A DNA stretch of 58,277 bases from the IMG/VR virus record IMGVR_UViG_3300045988_058281, positions 1 to 58,277 of that record, one strand, 5' to 3'. The notes below the pieces were generated by a model that worked only from the letters and a program-made list of their open reading frames with translations, had not been told where the DNA came from and ran no database searches. The stretch is from a virus. The position numbers and the translations under genes are program-made. This document shows positions 52,084-58,277 of this stretch, in pieces. Every line of letters starts with the position of its first letter. Within the stretch, counting starts at the first letter, position 1.

Positions 52084-52270
52084 GGTTACCCGGTTACCCA
52101 AGTTACCCTATTTTTGATATGTTTTCTAAAAAAAATATTTTGCGAAAACAAAAAATATTTTTTCTAAGTGTAAATTTTTCGGGTAACCGGGTAACCGAAC
52201 CTTGAAACCGTTGGGAGAGTAAGCGTTGAGCGGTTACCCTATGTTGGTAACCTTCGGTAACATGGGTAAC
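52084..52270. promoter_or_regulatory. candidate replication origin: 9 GGTWACC(C) iterons flanking an AT-rich core
   Basis: GGTTACCC at 52084, 52092, (A)52101 and 52232. GGGTAACC at 52181 and 52189. GGTAAC(C) at 52246, 52256 and 52264. The segment 52109..52180 is a long A/T run. Confidence 0.6.
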
Positions 52271-52281
52271 GAGGAGGAGAA

Positions 52282-52617
52282 ATGATGGTTTTCCCATATG
52301 AGACAGAAGCGGCTAACGGAGAGCCGATGCCTGATGGATTATCATTGGTGGATCAATGCGCATTTTATTTTCTCCAGACAATGTATCGAGGATTACGTAC
52401 AGGATCAAAGGATAGAGATCAGGCTATCAAAGAGAAGGGACAAATGACTTATCAATATAACAAGGAAAAATGCATTATGGAAAGTTGGAGGAAGATGGGC
52501 GATTTCTGGGCAGAGACATACAGACAGGTTGAAGCCGCCCAAACTGCTTACCGAAAAAACCGTACATTAGCGAATGCTGACAGATTGATTGCAGCGCTGG
52601 ATGGAGTACGGGTATGA
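52282..52617 (+). CDS. hypothetical protein
   Basis: 111-aa ORF. GAGGAGGAGAA RBS. Confidence 0.55.
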   Translation: MMVFPYETEAANGEPMPDGLSLVDQCAFYFLQTMYRGLRTGSKDRDQAIKEKGQMTYQYNKEKCIMESWRKMGDFWAETYRQVEAAQTAYRKNRTLANADRLIAALDGVRV

Positions 52618-53132
52618 CCTGGAGGCAGATCAACGGCTATCAATACCCTTACCGCATTAACGAGGAGGCCCAGGTCCAGAAGTGGGACGGAAAACAGTGG
52701 ATCGATATCAGGGCAAGAATCAGCGGAAACCGGGCGGTGGTCTACCTGCGGACAGTGGAAGGGAAACAGTACAAGGCGGCTCTTGTGCGGCTAATGGATG
52801 ATGCCTTTTGGGAAGGCCGGGCAAAGCGGGATGGACTACATATCACACACCGAAACGGCGTCAAGCTGGATTGTGAGCTGAGAAATCTTGTTGCGGTCAA
52901 ACCAGGACAGGCTGGGCGAAAATATCATGGACGGCCCCATAAAAGGCCCGTTATTCGCCTGGACCTGCACGGGAATGAAGTGATATATCCAAGCGTCACC
53001 GATGCGGCCAGGAAGAACAGCTTGTCTATCTCTGCTATGGACAGGAGGCTATACCATGGTGTGCTAGACCCCAGAGGATATCGGTTCGAGCTTTTGAATC
53101 AGCGTAGAAAACGAAAGGAGAAAACAGCATGA
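52614..53132 (+). CDS. HNH-like homing endonuclease (divergent NUMOD4/HNH_3-like)
   Basis: WRQINGYQYPYRINEEAQV, LHITHRNGVKLDCELRNL and a C-terminal DNA-binding-like module. Confidence 0.55.
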   Translation: MTWRQINGYQYPYRINEEAQVQKWDGKQWIDIRARISGNRAVVYLRTVEGKQYKAALVRLMDDAFWEGRAKRDGLHITHRNGVKLDCELRNLVAVKPGQAGRKYHGRPHKRPVIRLDLHGNEVIYPSVTDAARKNSLSISAMDRRLYHGVLDPRGYRFELLNQRRKRKEKTA

Positions 53133-53443
53133 TCGAGGACGTTCGGGCTGCCCTCCTGGGCGACCACGAGGCGGCGAAGCGGCTGACGGAGGCGGGGGTG
53201 CTGGTGCCGTGTATGTGTGGCGGAAAAGCCGGAATTGTTTGTTTTGAAAAGCGCGGAGCCCTGTCTGGAGATATGGGATATTTGGCATCAATTAAATGCC
53301 GGGATTGCTGGATGGAACTGAGACGGTGGGCGTTGAAAAAGAAGTGGGCAAAGGATTCAGCCCTCCTCGCCTGGAACACCCGCGCGCCGATCCTGAGCGC
53401 GGAGGAGATGGAGATGCTGGAGGGAATGAAAAGTGGCGATTAA
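53129..53443 (+). CDS. Lar-family restriction-alleviation-like protein
   Basis: PCMCGGKAGIV...IKCRDC...ALLAWNTRAP matches the Lar zinc-ribbon pattern. Confidence 0.65.
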   Translation: MIEDVRAALLGDHEAAKRLTEAGVLVPCMCGGKAGIVCFEKRGALSGDMGYLASIKCRDCWMELRRWALKKKWAKDSALLAWNTRAPILSAEEMEMLEGMKSGD

Positions 53444-53864
53444 GAATTATACGACCACCATTGATGTCTATAAAAGCCTGGGGGAAATCCAAGGGGCACT
53501 TGCCAGCCATGGGGCACGGAAGATCATGGTAGACTATGACGCGGCGGGGCATCCCATTGGTGTTATGTTTGGCATTGAGACACAGGACGGGCCACGCGGG
53601 TTCGCACTCCCGGCCAATGTGGAGGGCGTTCGAGCGGTATTCGCCCGACAGAAAGTGAAAGCAACTCCGGGGCAGGCCGAGCGCACAGCCTGGCGCAACG
53701 TGCGGGACTGGATTATGGCACAGATGGCGATTATCGAGGCCGGACAAGTCCAGCTCGACGAGGTGTTTTTGCCTTATTTGACAGACGGGAAGGGCCGGAC
53801 GCTGTACCAGCTCTATCAAGGCGGATACTTGGCGCTTGGGGATGGAAAGGAGGCCCAGCCATGA
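53433..53864 (+). CDS. hypothetical protein
   Basis: 143-aa ORF with a GTG start. Confidence 0.55.
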   Translation: MAIKNYTTTIDVYKSLGEIQGALASHGARKIMVDYDAAGHPIGVMFGIETQDGPRGFALPANVEGVRAVFARQKVKATPGQAERTAWRNVRDWIMAQMAIIEAGQVQLDEVFLPYLTDGKGRTLYQLYQGGYLALGDGKEAQP

Positions 53865-54121
53865 CGCGGGAAGAAGCGGTTGAGATTCTGATGACAGCAA
53901 GGGAGATGTATCCTGGAAAATCGGTAATCAGGGACGCATTTACGCTGGCCCTCTCTGCCCTCCGCCCCGTCAGCCGGGAGCAGTTATCTGAGTTTAAGAC
54001 TTGCGATCTGGTAGACGAACTAAGAAAGCGTGAGGGCGTAGAAACACACATCGCAGAGCCGTACCAAGATGTGACAGTCTCAGTAAACGGCCCTGCGGTG
54101 GTGCTGGTAGTTATAGATTAG
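53861..54121 (+). CDS. hypothetical protein
   Basis: 86-aa ORF. ATGA overlap with the upstream gene. Confidence 0.55.
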   Translation: MTREEAVEILMTAREMYPGKSVIRDAFTLALSALRPVSREQLSEFKTCDLVDELRKREGVETHIAEPYQDVTVSVNGPAVVLVVID

Positions 54122-54321
54122 ACCCTGGAATATCCATACCTACCCTTGATAAATGAGTGGAAGTATTTTCCGTGGGACCCTGCGGACATGAGCCCAGCAT
54201 ATACAGACTGCGGGACACCGAAATAGGCGTAGGTGCCACCCTTATGAAATGAGATGTAGAGAGTCCCATTTTCATATCCGATACTGGCTATGTCCGTTGA
54301 GGAAACTGGATGCATGACCAT
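54118..54321 (-). CDS. KTSC-domain protein
   Basis: VSSTDIASIGYENGTLYISFHKGGTYAYFGVPQSVYAGLMSAGSHGKYF matches the KTSC pattern. Confidence 0.8.
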   Translation of the reverse strand: MVMHPVSSTDIASIGYENGTLYISFHKGGTYAYFGVPQSVYAGLMSAGSHGKYFHSFIKGRYGYSRV

Positions 54322-54383
54322 GAAATCACCTCACTTTCCGCGCAGTTAAATAATACTACACAGAATGGAGGATTTGTAGATAT

Positions 54384-54605
54384 ATGGGGAAAATCAGCCG
54401 GGAGCAGGTGGAGAAGATGTGGAGGGGAGAATGGAAACGGGATAAATGGCCCAGCGGAACACACCGAATTATTTGTAACAGATGTGGAGAATGAAACGGG
54501 AAAACTACAAACTTTTGCTCTCATTGCGGCGCTCCCATGACGGACGAGGCCGTGGAGATGGTGATGGAGAGATTGGAGGCGTTGAAAGATGGACCGGAAC
54601 AATAA
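54384..54605 (+). CDS. zinc-ribbon protein interrupted by an in-frame TGA (54492..54494)
   Basis: The reading ...IICNRCGE*NGKTTNFCSHCGAPMTDEAVEMVMERLEAL... forms a CxxCG-N11-FCxxCG zinc ribbon only if the TGA is read through. Confidence 0.4.
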
Positions 54606-54852
54606 AACTATTCAGTTAGCAAAGAAAGCTGCTGATGCATGGAGGAGCACTGACACATATCATCAAGCGGCTCAAATCATTGATATGCTGATCTCTGCAT
54701 TGGAGGGAGATCCCACCCTCACACCGCCGAACGAGCCGCTGACGTGCGTGGGGTGTATATATGAGCCTGATTGCCCATCTGAAATTCATTGTCATGGGTG
54801 TGCAAGGATATTTGTAGATCATTACCGCCGCCCGCCGGAGGGAGAGGCATGA
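54589..54852 (+). CDS. hypothetical Cys-containing protein
   Basis: 87-aa ORF. Confidence 0.5.
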   Translation: MDRNNKTIQLAKKAADAWRSTDTYHQAAQIIDMLISALEGDPTLTPPNEPLTCVGCIYEPDCPSEIHCHGCARIFVDHYRRPPEGEA

Positions 54853-55223
54853 ACGAAAATATTCGAGTTTTATTTGAGATGGGCAAAATTGAAGAGCCTA
54901 ACGAGGAGTTGGCAAGGAATTTTTGCAGAGCCAGTAAAATCGGGACATACAAGTGCGCTGTGACGACTCGTTTTGGTTTTTCCTGCGATCTATGCCTCGA
55001 AGAAGAGCTATTATATCTAAAATCCGTTGGAGTACATACAGTCGCGTCCTGTTGTGGGCATGGGAACTCAGAGCTTGCCTCAATTCTAAGCGCTGGGGAG
55101 ACCAGCAGGGAGGCCATGCAGAATATGGGCTATGAGTTGATAGGTAATCTCTATGGGCGTGATAACTGGAGACCGAAATCAATGCTATTATATGACCCGC
55201 CGGAGGGAGAGGAGGAACCCTGA
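54849..55223 (+). CDS. hypothetical protein
   Basis: ATGA overlap with the upstream gene. 124 aa starting at MNENIRVLF. Confidence 0.55.
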   Translation: MNENIRVLFEMGKIEEPNEELARNFCRASKIGTYKCAVTTRFGFSCDLCLEEELLYLKSVGVHTVASCCGHGNSELASILSAGETSREAMQNMGYELIGNLYGRDNWRPKSMLLYDPPEGEEEP

Positions 55224-55225
55224 TG

Positions 55226-55582
55226 TCAAAAGAAAGAACTGATCCAAGCGGTGATGCCAGAAATCCTCTCAATCAACAGGCCAATAATCGCACCAAGAAA
55301 AACCAGAAGCACTTGAAATATGCGCTCTCGCTTATTTTCGGAGTCGTTCTTGGACTCTTGCTTGGCGCGATACTCGAACTCCGCTAAAGCATCTTCGCCG
55401 CGTGGAGTGAGACGCCAGGATGTGGGATTGATGGATAAATCGTCTGGGGAACCTTCTGTACGATAACTGTTTGGCTCGATATATTTTTGTTCCCGAAAAT
55501 ATCTCATACGACTATCCATTTTCCCGCTGACTGGTCCGGAGCGAAATTTAAGAAGCGCATTGTAATTTTCGTCTGACAGCAT
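55226..55582 (-). CDS. C-terminally membrane-anchored protein (opposite strand)
   Basis: 118 aa starting at MLSDENY, with a GAGGTG RBS and 6-nt spacer. The rest of the 330-aa track ORF was rejected. Confidence 0.6.
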   Translation of the reverse strand: MLSDENYNALLKFRSGPVSGKMDSRMRYFREQKYIEPNSYRTEGSPDDLSINPTSWRLTPRGEDALAEFEYRAKQESKNDSENKRERIFQVLLVFLGAIIGLLIERISGITAWISSFF

Positions 55583-55622
55583 ATATATCACCTCGCGCCG
55601 ATTATACCACAAGGAGGAAGAG

Positions 55623-55910
55623 ATGGACATTGAGAAGCTGATTGAGCAGTTAAAGAGCGCCGCAGGAGGACCAGAAGGCATTAAGATGTGCCACGCCGCC
55701 GCCACCGCCCTCTCCACGCTCCAGGCCGAAAACGAGCGATTGAAAAACAAATTGTCCGAATTGGCACACTTTCCGTTTGACGAGCCTGGGATCGGAGAGC
55801 GAACAAGGCTGATGGCCGAAAATGCAGAACTGCGGGCCGAGCTGGAGCAGGTGAAGCGGGAGAATGAGACCCTAAAACATGCATTACAAAATTGGCACGA
55901 GGAGGTCTGA
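55623..55910 (+). CDS. coiled-coil protein
   Basis: 95-aa ORF. AGGAGGAAGAG RBS. Confidence 0.55.
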   Translation: MDIEKLIEQLKSAAGGPEGIKMCHAAATALSTLQAENERLKNKLSELAHFPFDEPGIGERTRLMAENAELRAELEQVKRENETLKHALQNWHEEV

Positions 55911-55911
55911 C

Positions 55912-56421
55912 ATGGAACGCGCAACACAGAAAGATGAACGCGGCTATTATCTTGTTGGGGATGGCATTTACAGTGATGAGGGAACTCCAGAGAAATTCCG
56001 GGGTGACGATGTTGACCGCCTCGCCGCCTACGAGGACACGGGCCTGGAGCCTTGCGACTATTCCGCCATGGCCCACGCTCTGGAGCAGGCGGAACGAGCC
56101 AGAGAAGATCTGACAGAAATGATCCGCCAGATTGGGGCAACGGGGCTTGACCGCCTCCGCGAACTGGCTCAGGCGGACCAGGAGGGGAAAATCCCGAAGT
56201 ACACCATAGACGATACAATTTATGACCGCTTTGGCGATGCCTGGGAGGTTAGAACGGCAGAACTCCATCTCCTTGGTGAAAAGCCTGACTGGATGTACAG
56301 GTGTGGTCACGCGGGAACAGATGATTACCGCGCTCTGTGGTCATTTGAGATTTTGACCAGCGAGGAGGCCCAGGCCGCACTACGGAGGGAGCAGGATGAA
56401 AAAGGAGGAAGCTCAGAATGA
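55912..56421 (+). CDS. hypothetical protein
   Basis: ATG at 55912 follows GGAGGT. 169 aa. Confidence 0.55.
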   Translation: MERATQKDERGYYLVGDGIYSDEGTPEKFRGDDVDRLAAYEDTGLEPCDYSAMAHALEQAERAREDLTEMIRQIGATGLDRLRELAQADQEGKIPKYTIDDTIYDRFGDAWEVRTAELHLLGEKPDWMYRCGHAGTDDYRALWSFEILTSEEAQAALRREQDEKGGSSE

Positions 56422-56582
56422 TATTTTTCGCTGGCCTGAATTTCTTTCTGGCGGCACTGAATGTTTACTATGGGATAAACGGAACTGGTAATACCGCGCT
56501 GAATTGGGCCGCAGCAGTTTTTATTTTTGGGTTTGGCCTTATTCAAATCGCATTTTACATTGTAAGGGAGAATAAGCGATGA
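56418..56582 (+). CDS. 54-aa membrane protein
   Basis: ATGA overlaps at both ends. MIFFAGLNFFLAALNVYYG... Confidence 0.45.
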   Translation: MIFFAGLNFFLAALNVYYGINGTGNTALNWAAAVFIFGFGLIQIAFYIVRENKR

Positions 56583-56836
56583 AAGAGTACATCGAGAGGG
56601 CGGTCGCGCTGGATGTGGTCAAGCGAACCAGCGGGGATTATGTTGCGGCGTGGTCAGAGATTGTACACCTCCCCGCCGCCGACGTTGCGGAGGTCAGGCA
56701 CGGGAGATGGATTTTTGAACCAGGGAAAATCCCGTATTGTTCGGAGTGCAAAGAGTACAGCGATGATGGAGACAAGGGTGCTGCTTTCTGCCCGTGGTGC
56801 GGCACTCGCATGAACAAGGAGGCCGCTCATGACTAA
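56579..56836 (+). CDS. hypothetical protein with C-terminal zinc ribbon
   Basis: 85 aa. CSECKEY...FCPWCG. Confidence 0.55.
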   Translation: MKEYIERAVALDVVKRTSGDYVAAWSEIVHLPAADVAEVRHGRWIFEPGKIPYCSECKEYSDDGDKGAAFCPWCGTRMNKEAAHD

Positions 56837-57083
56837 GTGCTGCGCCACCTGCCAATGGTGGGACGGAGATCGCTTTTGTGATTGCCCTGACAACGGGGTA
56901 TTTTTAACACATGGAAATGACACCTGTGCCAACTGGAAAGCTGAGGAATGCGCCACCTGCGCCTGGTACGAGGACTTCCAGGGCGTGTGCTGTAACGGAG
57001 ATTCCACACACCGCGCCGACTTCATAGAACCGGATCAGCGGTGCAGGGAATGGGAAAGGAAGGAGGACGGCCATGAGCAGTGA
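56829..57083 (+). CDS. Cys-rich hypothetical protein
   Basis: 84 aa with 13 Cys. Confidence 0.55.
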   Translation: MTKCCATCQWWDGDRFCDCPDNGVFLTHGNDTCANWKAEECATCAWYEDFQGVCCNGDSTHRADFIEPDQRCREWERKEDGHEQ

Positions 57084-57579
57084 ACTGTGGCTTGGCTATG
57101 TGGTGGAGGATGATATGCCGGAGACGGCAAAACATAAGGAGGAGGCCAACATGGACAAACCGAGAATTTGTGAGGTGCTGGGTGACGAATTTGAAAAAAT
57201 CTGTGAGGCAGTACATAACGAATGGTGGGAAGAGAAGAAACGCCAGGGAATTGATGACCATCCCGATATGCTCCCGTACCAAGAACTGCCGGAGAATGTC
57301 AAAGAGTATGACCGCGTGACTGTACGACGTGTTTTGGAGGCACTGGGCATCAAGTATCCACGCAAGCCCCACTTCACCCAGCAGGAGGTGGAATCAGCAA
57401 AGATAATTAGCGTGCTGTTCCCCGAAGCAACACACATTGAGCGGTTGCGAGGCAGTAAAGTTTTAGGCATAACTGGAGCCGAAGATGGGTGGATTGCAGA
57501 TATTGAAAGCTCGCTATTTCCAGAAATCAAGTCAGGTCAGTCCGTCACCCTTGACGAGATCATCGGAGGTGTGGAATGA
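57073..57579 (+). CDS. RyR-domain-like protein
   Basis: ICEAVHNEWWEEKKRQGI...HPDMLPYQELPENVKEYDR resembles the RyR domain. Confidence 0.55.
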   Translation: MSSELWLGYVVEDDMPETAKHKEEANMDKPRICEVLGDEFEKICEAVHNEWWEEKKRQGIDDHPDMLPYQELPENVKEYDRVTVRRVLEALGIKYPRKPHFTQQEVESAKIISVLFPEATHIERLRGSKVLGITGAEDGWIADIESSLFPEIKSGQSVTLDEIIGGVE

Positions 57580-57857
57580 GCGAAGAAAATTTTGCAGTGC
57601 CAGACGAATATTTGGTCAGCGTTTTTGGAGATCGGCCAGACATGGTCCAACACCCGCCCCACTACACCGCCGGGTCTGTCGAGTGCATAGACGCGCTAGA
57701 GAGCATGGTCATGGGATACCAGGACACAGTGCAGGCCGGTCTGGCATGGCAGGCGGTCAAGTATATCTGGAGGTCTCCGCTCAAAGGAAATCAAGCACAG
57801 GACCTGGACAAAGCACTGTTTTATCTGAATAGGCTGAGAGAGAAGGTGAAGGAATGA
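57576..57857 (+). CDS. DUF3310-like protein
   Basis: PPHYTAGSVECIDALE...AVKYIWRSPLKGN...DLDKALFYL pattern. Confidence 0.7.
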   Translation: MSEENFAVPDEYLVSVFGDRPDMVQHPPHYTAGSVECIDALESMVMGYQDTVQAGLAWQAVKYIWRSPLKGNQAQDLDKALFYLNRLREKVKE

Positions 57858-58162
57858 ACGTTATCGAAAACGACGTCCGAGCCCTGGTGGACAAGGAGCT
57901 TACCGCCGCCAACGAGCGGTTCCCGCAGTTCCGTAGCCAACACGAGGGCTATGCTGTGATCCTGGAAGAGTTCGACGAAGCAAAAGAACAGTTAGAAGCC
58001 GCAGAGCTTTTTTTGGACCATATGTGGGACAGCGTCAGGCACGACAGCCCAGCGAAACTGTCGGCAGAAAGTATGATGATGTTTTCCATCAACGCCGCTT
58101 GTGAGGCCATCCAGGTTGCGGCCATGTGCCGGAAGTTTATGGGGATGGAGGGAAAGAGATGA
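57854..58162 (+). CDS. hypothetical protein
   Basis: 102-aa ORF. ATGA overlap with YopX across the circular junction. Confidence 0.55.
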   Translation: MNVIENDVRALVDKELTAANERFPQFRSQHEGYAVILEEFDEAKEQLEAAELFLDHMWDSVRHDSPAKLSAESMMMFSINAACEAIQVAAMCRKFMGMEGKR

Positions 58163-58277
58163 GAGAAATCCTTTTCAAAGCCAAGCGGCTGGATAATGGA
58201 GAATGTGTAGATGGATTCTACTGCTGTATTGGGCCAGCCGGTCAAGAAAAGCACTACATTATTCCGGAATATGCCTC
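58159..58277 (+). repeat. terminal duplicate of bases 1..119 (circular assembly overlap)
   Basis: Checked base by base: identical to 1..119. Confidence 0.95.

Noticed and set aside
1-58277. Genome-wide stop-codon reassignment (TGA or TAG), prompted by the in-frame TGA at 54492 and the in-frame TAG at 17025
   Set aside because: TGA, TAG and TAA all terminate well-defined genes at expected lengths. Examples are terS (TAG), the integrase, portal and endolysin genes. The encoded tRNA-like element has anticodon CCA, not a suppressor anticodon.

Overview
The window is a complete, circularly closed genome of about 58.16 kb. Bases 1..119 are identical to 58159..58277, which looks like an assembly overlap. 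It is a temperate siphovirus-type tailed phage of a Firmicutes/Clostridia-like host, judged from strong GGAGG ribosome-binding sites (RBS), sigma-A-type promoters and a GAAC-N4-GTTC LexA box.

Gene order:
- terS, followed by a 5.4-kb accessory island.
- terL, followed by a homing endonuclease.
- A large noncoding RNA with tRNAs.
- Portal, head, tail, tape measure and fibers.
- Lysis cassette.
- A low-complexity cargo module.
- attP and tyrosine integrase.
- CI-like switch.
- Replication/recombination module and miscellaneous early genes.

Most protein genes are ordinary phage genes. The unusual content is mainly RNA-level and regulatory:
1. A ~0.75-kb ORF-free structured RNA with its own consensus promoter, fused to a tRNA-like element and a tRNA-Met. 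This is the genomic context described for ROOL/GOLLD RNAs.
2. A type I hammerhead ribozyme with a complete catalytic core, on the minus strand inside the accessory island.
3. Three paralogous type I toxin-antitoxin-like modules. Each has a roughly 30-aa hydrophobic peptide with a lysine tail, a fold-back mRNA and a convergent antisense RNA. Two of the three have no AUG start.
4. A 13-nt motif, AGTGCCAAGTGCC, present as tandem pairs at exactly four leaders (terL, portal, major tail protein, tape measure). Each pair is fused to a hairpin that resembles a terminator or sequesters the RBS. This suggests one phage-specific antitermination or translational-activation circuit.

Other observations:
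- Three HNH homing endonucleases, one flanked by a duplicated terL 3' end.
- A candidate pac repeat array.
- A moron between the tail chaperone and tape measure genes.
- A LexA-controlled small ORF convergent on a repressor that lacks a cleavage domain.
- An iteron-type origin.
- An attP that carries a tRNA 3' fragment.

All family names were assigned by eye from motifs. No database search was run.
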